Origin: Podospora anserina
Lineage: Eukaryota
DNA: 64,000 nt
NCBI GenBank assembly: GCA_017654855.1
Contig: CM030335.1
Coordinates: forward strand, 2,480,001 to 2,544,000
Reading direction: 5' to 3'
The notes beneath the pieces are model-generated. The model did not search any database. It worked only from the letters and a program-made list of their open reading frames with translations, and was not told the DNA's origin. The position numbers and the translations under genes were made by a program. Below are positions 34,214-50,287 of the stretch, one piece after another (position 1 is the first letter of the stretch; each line of letters opens with the position of its first letter).

Positions 34214-35305
34214 ATGATCGTGTCGCGCAATGCCTACCGTCTCGTCGCTATCGTCTACGGCTGCATAGTCATCTACATATCCGCGCCCTACCTTTACCGA
34301 TTCGGGGACCATGTGAGACAGACGAACCCATTTTCGGGTCAGAAATGGATCGAGCAAGCCTTCGTCCCGACCGAAGCCGAGCTGGCATGCCTCAACGGCC
34401 AGTCTTCCTCGTTTGAACACCATCACAACCACCATACCACCGACGATTCCGAACCAATACCAAACATTGTCCACTTCAACTACGGGCTGAAGAACCCACT
34501 GTACAACCCGGGTGCAGGTCACTTTGATTTCCTCAGCTACCTCGCAGTCAGGTCAGCCATCGTATCTCTCAAACCGGACGCTGTATATCTTCATTATACC
34601 TACCTCTCCGAACCACCCTCGCCGGACCCCAACGCCGACCCATTAACCAATCCTTGGATTCGTCGGTTGTCAAAAGACATCACGTTAATCCACCATCCAC
34701 CCACCTCCTCATCCGACCACTACGCTCACGTCTCGGACACATTGCGCCTCAAAGCCCTCCTGACAGACGGAGGCATCTACCTCGACATCGACGCCTTTGC
34801 CCTCCGTCCCTTTGACCACATCCTCGCCAACCCCTCGCCCCATGATGTAATCCTGGGCGCAGAAGGCGGAAACCGCTGGGGTCTCTGCAACGCCGTCATC
34901 GCCGCCCGGCCCAACTCGACTTTCCTCACCAGGTGGCTAGAATCCTATAACAACACCGACCTCTCCAAGGAATGGAATTACCACTCTGTGATTCTGCCAA
35001 AGGAGCTCGCCGAGGAGCACCCAAGCGAGGTTTGCGCCCTGGCGCCCGATGCGTTTTTCTGGCCGACATGGACGTGGAGGCATATTGACTGGATGCATGA
35101 GAGGTTGGACAAGGAAAAGGCAAAGTACTGGGAGGGCGAGATTGAGAGGCATGGGGGCAGCTTGTTTACGAACCAGCTGGCGTATCATGCCTGGAGTCAG
35201 ATGGCCTGGGAGAGGTATTTGAGGGAGTTGACGCCCGAGGTGGTGCGGGGCAGGGATACGAGGTTTAATTTGTTGATGAGGAGGTTTTTGGAGGATGATT
35301 TATGA
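34214..35305 (+). CDS. Glycosyltransferase family 32 (DxD sugar-binding), type II membrane protein
   Basis: N-terminal TM segment LVAIVYGCIVIYISAPYL; IPNIVHF, AHVSDTLRL..L...GGIYLDID and LCNAVIAA...STFL. Confidence 0.88.
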   Translation: MIVSRNAYRLVAIVYGCIVIYISAPYLYRFGDHVRQTNPFSGQKWIEQAFVPTEAELACLNGQSSSFEHHHNHHTTDDSEPIPNIVHFNYGLKNPLYNPGAGHFDFLSYLAVRSAIVSLKPDAVYLHYTYLSEPPSPDPNADPLTNPWIRRLSKDITLIHHPPTSSSDHYAHVSDTLRLKALLTDGGIYLDIDAFALRPFDHILANPSPHDVILGAEGGNRWGLCNAVIAARPNSTFLTRWLESYNNTDLSKEWNYHSVILPKELAEEHPSEVCALAPDAFFWPTWTWRHIDWMHERLDKEKAKYWEGEIERHGGSLFTNQLAYHAWSQMAWERYLRELTPEVVRGRDTRFNLLMRRFLEDDL

Positions 35306-36095
35306 TGGGGTTGAGGAGGTGTTTGTGTATATCATGAAACGGCGTTTTTGGTCTGTTTTGGGAGGTGAGCGATTTGGCAAAGGAGGAAAGAAGAGTATTG
35401 TTAATGGCTGATGACGATGGGAAGCGGCGGTGTTGGACATTGGGACAAAGGAGCATGGTAGCGGTTGGTTTTTTCTTCCGTTTCTTTTCTCTTTTTGAAT
35501 CTTGATAAAGATACCCCAGGTTTATGTCGCGCGTCTATAAACCCTCCGACGATTTTATATACAGTATGGCATTGAACTGTTTCGTTCGTTTATTTGGCCT
35601 TTTTTTTTTTTTTTGGGTTTTTGGTACATTTTGGAAGAGAGAGCACATATACACAAATGATAATGATATAATATTTTGACAAAGAAGGAACAAGTAGGTC
35701 GAGGCCTGTGCCAAGATGGGAGTGTTTCTTGTTCCTGACCCCTATTGGAGTGATGGGAAAACTTTGGGCAGGCTTGAGGTTTGGTTCTGCATGGTACTTG
35801 TGTGGGTTGATGGGTAGGTAGGGTACAAGTCCGAGAAAATATCCGTATGATCAAATCGGCCGAAGGTACGGGCGATTGGCGGTTTCTTTTCTGGGTATTA
35901 TCTAATTATAGGATTTGATCTTTTTTTTTATATGAGATCTTGGCCTCCTTTATATTACATCTCCTCGTCCATGCCCCATCCCTTGCTTCAACACCAGAAA
36001 CTCCTCGCCATCGCTTTTCAACGAGAAAAAGAAACCACCATGCTCTCTCTCATGTACATCAAACATTAACACAATATTTACCTCTCAACCACCCC

Positions 36096-37472
36096 CTAAG
36101 CCCACCAACTCCTCACCCACCCCAACGTCCCCAACCTCTTGCTCTTGTTTGGCTGCGTCAACCGGTTCAGGCAATAACTCGCATGGTTCCTCGTCCGGCT
36201 GCCATCGCACTCACACCGACACCCAATCCCATCCTCCCTCTCTTCTCGAACTTCAAACGCCGGCCCCCCCAGGACTTCGCTCTGCAGTAACTGTCCTCCC
36301 GGAGCGTTGGCAGGACATTGGAAGTACCAATCATGCCTATACCCAATATCCTCAAAGTGGTGAACCTTGTGCGAATCAAGTAGCATCGCCAGCGCGAGCG
36401 AATGCACCGGTGCATCTCCCCACTGTTTTCTCATGATCAGCATCAAATTCTTTCCAAGTCGGAAAAAGGGGGTTAGGGTACTCACCCTCTCCTCATAAAA
36501 CCCCCCCCTCTCGTCCAACCTCTCAAACAAATCCTGATAAGCATTACTCCTGAAAAAGTCCAAACTCGCAATCTCGAAATTGCTCCAGTAATGGCACAAA
36601 TTCCACCCGTCCCCACGCCCGTCCCTATGCCCCAACCCGCTCATCATTTTCCTGATCGGCCAAGGCAGCCAGCTCGGGCTCACCATCGCCTTCCACAGCT
36701 CGGTGGTCCGATAATCCTGCTCCTCCTTCCAGTCAGCCACCGCCCGAAACAACCCCGGGCACGTCGCCGGCTCCTTAGGCAGCGCGACGGTAAACCCGTA
36801 CACCTTTTCATGCTTGGCCATCTCCACAAACGGGTCGTACGTCAGCGCGCAGTAGAATTCCACGTCCGGTTCAATCCGCCAGTACCATTTGTACTCCCTC
36901 AGCGCCTTTAGCGTGTAAAATTTGCCCGAATAAAACCTGCACATGTGGTGGTATGATTCCAGCCCACCGTACAACACCCCCTGTTGGCCCTGCCTGTTGA
37001 TCGCCTCTCGAGCGCGGTCTTGGTTTATATTCGCGGGGAAGCCCCATTCTTCCTTGGGTATGACCTCGAACTTTGCGCCGCCCGAGACGGTCTCGTTCAT
37101 GGTTGAGACAAATTCCGGGTCCCAGTCCTCGTCGTTGAGGAAGACGATGGGGTAGTGGAACCAGCGGTTGAAGTGTTTTTCTATCGAGATTACGGTACGA
37201 AGGGCTTTTTCGACTTCGTGGTTGCGGGCGAGCATTACTATTGCTGCGGCTTCGCGGGGCGCCGAGGGGGAGAGGTCGGGTTCCTGGCATGAGGTGTAAA
37301 AGGGGACGTCGAGGTCGCGGGCGGGGTGGTGGATGGTGTAGTAGGAGTTGTGGAGGTAGACTTCGGTGAGGAGGGCGAGGAGGAGGAGGGTGAGGGGGAT
37401 GCGGTAGGGGTGGAGGCGGGTTAGGAGGGTGCGGAGGGGGCCGCGGGGGCGTGTTAATGGGGGGAAGAGCAT
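36096..37472 (-). CDS. Glycosyltransferase family 15 (Kre2/Mnt1/Ktr-type alpha-1,2-mannosyltransferase); intron 36423-36485
   Basis: TM segment IPLTLLLLALL; ESYHHMCRFYSG, YWRIEPDV, NLCHYWSNFEIA, and after splicing GGFYEERWGDAPVHSLA. Confidence 0.92.
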   Translation of the reverse strand: MLFPPLTRPRGPLRTLLTRLHPYRIPLTLLLLALLTEVYLHNSYYTIHHPARDLDVPFYTSCQEPDLSPSAPREAAAIVMLARNHEVEKALRTVISIEKHFNRWFHYPIVFLNDEDWDPEFVSTMNETVSGGAKFEVIPKEEWGFPANINQDRAREAINRQGQQGVLYGGLESYHHMCRFYSGKFYTLKALREYKWYWRIEPDVEFYCALTYDPFVEMAKHEKVYGFTVALPKEPATCPGLFRAVADWKEEQDYRTTELWKAMVSPSWLPWPIRKMMSGLGHRDGRGDGWNLCHYWSNFEIASLDFFRSNAYQDLFERLDERGGFYEERVSTLTPFFRLGKNLMLIMRKQWGDAPVHSLALAMLLDSHKVHHFEDIGYRHDWYFQCPANAPGGQLLQSEVLGGPAFEVREEREDGIGCRCECDGSRTRNHASYCLNRLTQPNKSKRLGTLGWVRSWWA

Positions 37473-38538
37473 TTTGATGGGTCAGGAGGTTGGGATTTGA
37501 GGATTTTTTTTTCTGGTTTTGTTGTGAGGGAACTGTCGTCGTTGTAGTTGTCGTCGTCGGGAGGAGTGGTATATAATCGTAATTGGCGGTCACCCGGTAG
37601 CGAAGGGGTATATATCGATCTGCCGAGAACTGGCGGAGAATGACAGAGAGAGGGAACGACAAGACAGAAAAAAAGACTGAGGACCAGCTCTGGAAAGCTA
37701 TCGCGAGATGCTCATCTGGCGCTCCATGGCCGCGCGCCTTTGTGATTGCTCAACTGGAAAAGAAAAACAAATGTTGTACCTGGTCCCCGTCGTTTACCCT
37801 CTGGAGCCACTTCATAATTTACCCATCTAGCATAGGCCAGTCCAGACCAGCCACAAGGGTCCATCCAAAGCTTCTGTAGCCCGTGCTTCTGCATGAGCTT
37901 AACATTCTCTCGGCTAGTTCCAGAAGGGAATAGCGCTGTCTCTCCCCGACAAGGGGATCCGCTGCTGCAAACTGTTGGATGTTTCGGCTGATGCCAAGAC
38001 ACCGGCCAAGGAAGAGAGTGGCGTACCCGACGGCAGTGCAAGGAAAATGCTCCAATTGCCAAATGTTGAAAAGAAGAGAGTGCCGGTTTTCCAGATGTTG
38101 GTTCTTCGTGGAGAAAGAACGGCTACGCGTCGTGCCCAACGTGTAACCACAACTGGGGGGATGATCGGATGTCGGAAAGTGATGCCAATTCTTCTTACGA
38201 GATCCTCCACTGGGCAGGCCTGGCTGGGTGGTGGTGGCCAAGCGGTGTGATGCGCCCAAGTTACTATATAGTCCATCTCGTCCGCCTTGTACTCCCCTCA
38301 CCTTCAAAACCGACTCAGCTGGCGATCAATTGGACAAGGCTATCCCCGTTGTACAGCCGCTGAAAAAAAGACCCGTTCCCTTTTCCAACGCCGCATTTCC
38401 TCTTTCTCCCTTACCTCGACTCGATTTTATAAGAGTCTCTTTTTTTTGTTCTGTAAATATTTTTGGCCCCCCGCCTCCCATGTCCAACGACATGCCCTCG
38501 TTACTCTCCCTCACCCAGTAGACACAAAAGCAAAAAAA

Positions 38539-40320
38539 ATGAAAGACCCCATCAACTACGACCACTGTCTCTACGACACCGACTCAGACGACCATGAAAC
38601 CCACGAATTCCTCCGCCGCTCCAGCTGGGACAACCACCACCGCAACCTAACCCACCTCCACACCAAATACATCACCCCCACCAAACCCTACCTCCTCAAA
38701 GCCCAACGCTTCCTCTCCCGCCTCCGCCTCCTCCGCCGAACAGCCTGGCGCGCGACCCCCCGACCCCTCATCCTCCTCCTCAAATCCCTCCTCCTCTTCC
38801 TCACCTCGATCCTCATCCTCACCCCCATCTTTCTGCCGTCCTACAACAACCCCCCAATACACTACTCCCAAACCCTCCACGCCTGCCGCGGCACCTCCCC
38901 CCGCGAAGGCTGCGCAAACCTCTTCAACGAGCAAGTCTTCATCGCCACAATCCTCTACGACAAAAACGGCAAGCTCGCCTCAGGCCCCTTCTCCGACCGC
39001 CTCCTCCGCCTCATCCGCATCCTCGGCCCCGACAACGTGTTCCTGTCAATCTACGAAAACGACTCCGGCCCAAAGGGCAAAGCCGCGCTCGAGAAGCTCA
39101 AATCCCGTGTACCCTGCAAACACGCCGTCACATCCGACGACCACGTTTCCCTGGATAACTTCCCCACCGTCCTCCTCCCCGACGGCACACCCCGAGTAAA
39201 GCGGGTCGCCTACCTAGCCGAACTTCGAAACCGGGCCCTGAGACCGCTGGATCAGAGGACAAAGGAGGATAGGATCAACGGGGTCAGAAAGTTTGACAAG
39301 GTTCTGTTTTTGAACGACATCGTTTTTGACCCCATTGACGCGGCGAATTTGCTGTTCGGGACGAATGTAGACAAGCAAACTGGACGGGCGGCCTATGTCG
39401 CCGCGTGCGCGATGGATTTCTGGTTCGGACATAGAATGTACGACATCTACGCCATGCGCGACGCGGACGGGTACGCGAGCTACCAGGCCATCTATCCCTT
39501 TTTTGGGGAGAGGGGGAGGGGGCTGTCCCGGAAGGATGTTCTCGAGAGTAAGGATGCGGTGCGAGTGAAGAGTTGCTGGGGGGGCATGATGGCTATGCAG
39601 GGGAGGTATGTTCAGAATGTGGAGGAGGAAAAACCAAGAGGAAAAGCGTGGGAGGAGTGGGTGGTGGCGGGACATACGATTGATCCGGGGAATCATACTC
39701 GTGCTGATGCTGATGCTGCTGTGACGGGACCGGTGAGGTTCAGGCATGAGCCCGGGGCGTATTATGATGCGTGTGAGTGTTGTTTGTTTTCGGCGGATTT
39801 GACCGAGGCGGCGAAGAGGCAGGGGGATTTACCGGCTGGGGCGATGAAGGGGAGTGAGAGCGGGATTTATGTCAATCCTTATATTCGTGTGGCGTATGAG
39901 GAGGGGGTGTTTAAGATGATTCATGTCGTGAGGGTGTGGGAGAAGCTGATCAGGATCATTTATGACCTTCAGACCAGGCTGTTTGAGCCGGTGGCGCAGA
40001 ACCCTTGGAGGACGGTGCAGCCAGGGGAGACCTTTGAGGAGGAGATTTGGAACGGAAAGGACTGGGAGGTTGTTACTCGCGTTGGGAGGCCGGGGTTGTT
40101 TTGCGGTGTGAGGGAGATGCAAGTCCTGCGCGTTGGGGGGAAGAGGGCGGGGAAGAGTGGGAATAACTGGGCGAATACAAGAATGCCGCCGGGGCAGAGG
40201 ATGGAGTTTGCGACGTGGTGGGGGGAGATCTTGCCCGAGAGCTGGAGAAAGGATTATGAGGATACCCCTGAGGAGGAGAAAGACGAGTTTTTTTACAAGT
40301 TGTATTCTTGGGATAAATGA
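38539..40320 (+). CDS. Glycosyltransferase family 69 (Cap59/Cmt1-like alpha-1,3-mannosyltransferase-like)
   Basis: TM segment LLLFLTSILILTPIF; VFLSIYENDS, RVAYLAELRNRALRPL, KVLFLNDIVF, ACAMDF, YDIYAMRD, VKSCWGGM and CECCL. Confidence 0.88.
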   Translation: MKDPINYDHCLYDTDSDDHETHEFLRRSSWDNHHRNLTHLHTKYITPTKPYLLKAQRFLSRLRLLRRTAWRATPRPLILLLKSLLLFLTSILILTPIFLPSYNNPPIHYSQTLHACRGTSPREGCANLFNEQVFIATILYDKNGKLASGPFSDRLLRLIRILGPDNVFLSIYENDSGPKGKAALEKLKSRVPCKHAVTSDDHVSLDNFPTVLLPDGTPRVKRVAYLAELRNRALRPLDQRTKEDRINGVRKFDKVLFLNDIVFDPIDAANLLFGTNVDKQTGRAAYVAACAMDFWFGHRMYDIYAMRDADGYASYQAIYPFFGERGRGLSRKDVLESKDAVRVKSCWGGMMAMQGRYVQNVEEEKPRGKAWEEWVVAGHTIDPGNHTRADADAAVTGPVRFRHEPGAYYDACECCLFSADLTEAAKRQGDLPAGAMKGSESGIYVNPYIRVAYEEGVFKMIHVVRVWEKLIRIIYDLQTRLFEPVAQNPWRTVQPGETFEEEIWNGKDWEVVTRVGRPGLFCGVREMQVLRVGGKRAGKSGNNWANTRMPPGQRMEFATWWGEILPESWRKDYEDTPEEEKDEFFYKLYSWDK

Positions 40321-41132
40321 TAGGGTGGCACACACGTGTACATACATACACGTGGCCGGTCACCCGCCGTGATGTGATTGATTGTGTGCAAGATCACACG
40401 AGAGCAGCAGCATTTTTGGATATATATACACGGAGAGGGAAGTAACATTGGGCGCATAACTTGCATATTATAGAGTACTATAGTTCATATGCCTTAGGTA
40501 CATCACAGCATACAGCGGAGGATAGTGGGGGATTAACGACTTTATTTCGCTGGATATCCTGTTGGCTTGGTTTTTGGATGGTAAATAACAGTAATGAGAA
40601 ACCACTTCTAGGTTGAAGATGTGTTACCTTGCGGCGGGAATCTAGTGAAGCGTGATATGGAACAAAAGTCCCTTGGTGACCTCAACACAGAGCTTATCAT
40701 GGAGCACAGCTCCTTACCTACAATTCATCTTCGATATTTTTTAATCGAGCCTTCTACTCCCTTCGATCATATATATATATATCCCCTTGCTGACATCCAT
40801 CTACACGCTATTGTCTCCTACATGTCTAGTTTCCTGCACTTGATATCCCTTCAATCTACTCTTCTGTCCCCTCCCCCTCCCCCCCTACGAACGTCATTCT
40901 TGGCATCAATCTGGGGAACCCCTGTTGCAGATCGGGCCGGGCCTTGGCGTGCAGCTGCCATCCCATCTCCCATCTTCGACTTATCTTTCATCCCCGCTCA
41001 CGTCATTCATCAGATCAGACTCCCAAAATACTGCAACTGAGATGTTATATTTCATTGCATCTCACCATTGCTACTCACTCTTTTTACTGCTAAATGTGGA
41101 AAACCTCCCTCATGATGACAACGACTCAGTGT

Positions 41133-43995
41133 TTACAAGCACTGAAAGTACCAATCATTAAGCTTCTGGCACGTCCATGGGGCCTCGCACTCCTTCGGTC
41201 CAGTCCAGTTGATCCCGCCGCACTGTCCCCACCTCTTCGCACGCTCAGTCGGTTGAGTGATGGGCGCCGAGCTGGTGGTGGTGAATCTGGTGGAAGTGCT
41301 GGTGGTGCTGATTCTGGTCGAGGTGGAAGACGTGCTGGTAGTGGTAACCCTCGAAGAGGTAGAGACAGTCGTAGGCCTGACACTAGTAACCAACGTCGTG
41401 CTTGTAGTCGTAGGGATCACCACGGACGAAGTCGTCGGCACAGCACTCGTCGTCGTAGTAGCATCACACCACTCCTCCTCATCATCGTCGCTATCCTCCC
41501 CACCTCCGTTACCCGGGTCACCACCCTCCACAACCCCCTTTGCAAACATCACACCCCTCCCATTGGTGCCCACATAAACCTGCCCCTCCACACTGGCACT
41601 TCCCACAACCCTATTCGCACCGATAGCCCCAAATCCTTGCAGCCCCTGGATATCGACCCACGACTCTCCATTATCTGAGCTGGCATACAACCTCGGTCCA
41701 TTCAAGCCGTAGCCGAAAGCATAAATATTCCACTTCGACCCTCCCTCACCGAGACCGAAGGCGAACTGCTCCGTGTTGGTGATGCTGCCCTCTCCAACCT
41801 GGGCGTAGTTGAGGCCGTAGTCAGTGCTGCGGAGGAGACCGATGTTGGTGGAAACCCAGACTTCACCAGCGACGATGGGGTGGGCGACCATATCCTTGAT
41901 GGCCACGACAGTCATGGATGTGGTGCTGCTTCTGGGGTCGACGGCTACTGTCAAGAACGTGGCGCCGCCGTCCAAGCTGCGGTAGAGGGTCCCTTCGAAG
42001 CCGGCGTAGAAGATGGAGTTGTTCCGCTTGTCGGCTGCGATGACGGCGCCCGAGGGGAGGGAGTCGACGGGCGTGAAGATGCCCTCGGCCGAGTCAGCCG
42101 AGGGGACGACAGAGCCGGGGTTGTAGGTGGTTGCGGTGGAGGTGTGGAAGCGGAGGACGCCGGCGTTGCCGGAGGACCAGAGGACGGTGGAGGCATCGGC
42201 CGAGTAGGCGAGGGTGCCGCTGTGGTCGGTGTTGCTGGCGCCGTAGTGGGGGGACCAGGTGAGGCCGCCGTCGGTGGAGATGGCGATCTGGGGAGAGCCA
42301 GGGGAGTTGCCCACGCGGACGACTTGGTTGGGCTTGTTGCCGGCGTAGTCTGTTCACTTGTTAGTGAAGCTCCTGTATGGATGGTCTCTGCCACTTACCA
42401 ACGTCAGTGGCACTGGTCCACATGGGGTTCATCCAGGGGGTCTGAGGAGAAGTCAAGAGATCGGCGGCCTCCTTAAAGGTAAAACCGTTGTTGTCACCAA
42501 CAGCGGCGAGAAGCTCGGAACCGCCGGGGGCAGATGCAAGGCCAAGGACAGCCATCTCCTCGATACCGGCAGCAAGAGAGTGGATGGTGATGTTGCGGGT
42601 GGTATCCCACTTGGTCAAATCGTGGCCACCGAAAAGGGTCAAACCAGTGCCGTACAGCCAGTGGTCGCTGTCATGGGGGTTGATCTCGAGGGCCTCAATC
42701 ATCCATCCCAGGCGCTTGCTGTCCTGAGAGAGAAAGCCGGTGTTGATCCAGGGTGCTTTATCAGTCTGGAGGATTATTAGTACGAGGCCAATGGGTTAAA
42801 AAAAGACGCATAAGCTCACATGAATGCTATAGTACAGGTTCATGTCGGGATACCCAGCCCACTCCCAGAGAGGAGACCAGGTCTCACCAGAGTCGGTAGA
42901 ACGGAAAAGTTGGGCGTCCGGCCACCAGGAGTTCAAGCTAGCCACGACAAGCGTGCCAGGCTTCTTCATGTCAAGACCCAAGCCGCCAAAGCCGTAGAAG
43001 AGATCACCGCCAGAGACGGGGGTGATGTCCTTCCAGGTGCTAGTGGTGAGGTCGTAGCGGTGCACACCGCCAGAAGTACCATCATACGGACCAGCTCCGT
43101 CGCTGTAAGTGAAGTACAAAGCCTTCTCGGTTGGCTGAAGCTTGCACTTGTGAGGGAAGTACTTCGTAGGCTGGCCGGCGACCGGGGCCCAGGTGGCACC
43201 AGCATCGTCGGAAACATAGACGGAAGCAGTGGTGTTGTCAGCAGTACCGACGAAGATGCGCGAGGTGGCGCCATTTCTGACGCTCGAGGTCGAATCGAAG
43301 GTGACAAAGGTGAGACCGATCTTGTCTCCGTTGTAACCATAGAGGTCGCTGGGGTCCACGATGTAGGATCCCGCGTTGGTGAAAGAGGTCACCTTGGAGA
43401 AGGTGGCACCACCGTCGGTACTCTTCCACAGCCCATTTCCACTGCGAGCACCAAAGTAGATGATGTTGGAGTTGGCGGGATCGACAGCCAACCTCTCGCC
43501 CATACCACGGCCAGGCATGTTGCCGCCCACCTTGAAAGGCAGGTCGGTAGACACCCACGTGGCTCCCTTGTCGTCACTGCGGATGATGGCGCCCGGGTTG
43601 GGATCCCAGTTTGTGGTGTACATGCCCACCGCCGCATAGACTCTGTTTGGCTCCTGAGGGTCCAGGGCGACAGCATCGATGCCCCAATGGCCCCTATCTC
43701 ACGAGATGTCAGATATTTCCGACTCTAAAAACACTCAGTCCCGGAAGACAACCTACCATCTTTCATCAGTGCCAAGGCTATCGGTGATGGGAGTCCAGGA
43801 GTCGTCAGGGTTCAGCCTGTAAAGACCACCAATGTCGGTCCTGGCATAAGCCACCCCAGGAGTAGTCGGGTGAAAGACGATACCGGGGACGAAGCCACCA
43901 CCGCCACCAATGTTCACATTCTTCCACAAGAACTCGGCGGCAGCAGGAGCAGCCACAGCAGCCACAAGCAGGTGGACGAGCGACAAGACCTTCAT
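41133..43995 (-). CDS. Xyloglucanase GH74 with C-terminal CBM1; exons 43995-43757, 43693-42820, 42765-42399, 42349-41133
   Basis: Signal peptide; [48 protein letters not shown]-type S.DGG.T[WF] repeats and GIEE.AV; Thr-rich linker, then CBM1 [15 protein letters not shown]...C...NDWYFQCL. Confidence 0.95.
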
Positions 43996-45096
43996 GGCCG
44001 CAGAGAGGACGTCGGTTGAAGAAGTGTTGCAGGCGCGCACCGAGCAGAGCCCCAAGCACGTCAACAGAGGCGGGATGCATGGCAGTTAATATATCAACAC
44101 TTTCTTGCCCTCCATCCGAGGGATATGGGGCCACTTGGCGGTCCATCGAGGACCATCCGATGGCTCTGGCCGTCTTCCCGTCGACATTCCGACAGGACGT
44201 ACCACTTGGTGCAAATTGAAGCTGTGGTCCAGGACCATGGTTTGTGGTGGAGAGGCCAAAAATACCAACCAACCCCAGCTAGTCCCGCTCGCCAGTCATG
44301 ATCGAACCTGGAAATGGACGTTGTCGTCCACCACTCCCGAGTTGCCGTCGATACGACGCTGCTTTAGGCGCACCAGGAGCATCTCCCTCCGTGTTTCCAG
44401 GGTGCCCTGGTGCAGCGGCGAGAATCTGCGGTACAACGGTGGCGGACGGTGCCTGATCGAGATCATCTGGCCGAGAGACGGTGAGCGGACAAGCAGCTGG
44501 ATCTAGATCCGGGGGGGCGTGAAATAAGAGAGGTCTAGTGTTGCAAAATGTACGGTTTTCGACAACACATGCGATGGATGGGAGGCAATATCGGCGAGCA
44601 GTTTGTATGAAACAGATCGAAATATCAAGCCGCAGTACACATGTAAAATAGGCCCAGAATTAAGGACACTTTGAGATGACAGAGTACATGTAAGATGAAG
44701 GAAGTTGGCGATTGGTGGTGATGATGGTTGAATGAGGGAGAAACGCACAACCCTAACCCGCAGGCCATGGCCGCCAAGACTGTGGTTCACATGAAGCATC
44801 CCCCGCATTTGCTGCTTCCCCAGATTGATCAAGGTGTGGGGTAATGGTTGCAGGTGCCAGGTGACCTGAATCGTGCTTCCTTCCTCGGACAAACCCGTTG
44901 GAGGACAACAGCTTCTTCCAGTGACAAGCTCGAGATGTGACCTCCGTTCCCCTCTGTCGTCATTCAACTTAGTCCTTTGCCATCGTCTCTCTGCTCTCCT
45001 TTTGCATGACTCCATAAGATACTCAACGTCCACTGTTCCTTGGCTTCCATCCCCCACATCGAATGCCCGGTGCATCTTGACGAGGCAATTGCTCCG

Positions 45097-48390
<3,294 letters not shown>

Positions 48391-49201
48391 GGTGGTTGGA
48401 GGGATATGTGCTGGTGAAGGGTGGTTATCTTTAGTGTTTATGGTTCAAGATGAAGGGGGGCCGAAGGTATTTGATTGGGGAGATGTAAATTTATTCCTTG
48501 TTTAGTCTTATCAAAGTCCTTTTAGGTACATGTGTGTCGAAATGTCTGGTTTGATGCTTCTTACGAGGCTCTGAGATGCTGATGTGCTCGATGTTATCAT
48601 CTAGGTCAGCCTTTGATCCAATCTATGGAGCCCTTGCCCCAATGTTGTTCACCATCATGGCCAGCACCCATCGACCGCTCACCTGCGTCGCTTGTTATCG
48701 CCATTCTTTTTACTTGCCTTTCGCCGTGATGGGTGTTATTATGGGTAATCTCTCCAAGCTCGCTTCACGACCGGGGCCCATTGGAAGCAGCTTCTCGACT
48801 GAAGCATCATAGCATCATAGCATCATGGAACAATGATGGAGGTCAGTGGTGTGGAGATTAGAGGTTGGTTGTCGTCAGTCATCGGTGGCAAAATGGATCA
48901 GCTGAGAGACACGTAGCTACTCCAAGAACAAACGTGCTGCCCAACAGCAATCGTCGCGAAGGGATCAAAGGACAAGTCTGGACACAATTTCAATTATGCA
49001 TAGGCATTCTCACTTGCAATCGGGCCAAAAGGTAATAAACCAAAACATGATGATTTATTGCAACACAGCCTTCTTTTGAGGCATGGATTGTGATGGTCAT
49101 ATGCTTAGATAAACCCAAAAAAACCATTGGCTGCCATGTCGGTCAACCACCCATAACGCTGAACGCCTCATTCATATCCCAGATGCATAACCATAACCCG
49201 C

Positions 49202-50287
<1,086 letters not shown>

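Noticed and set aside
33822-38194. Shared 11-mer GAAGAATTGGC in the GT32 promoter (33822) and the GT15/GT69 promoter (38184, reverse strand)
   Set aside because: About one such match is expected by chance between two 1-kb regions, and the 10-mer core also occurs upstream of TRM7.
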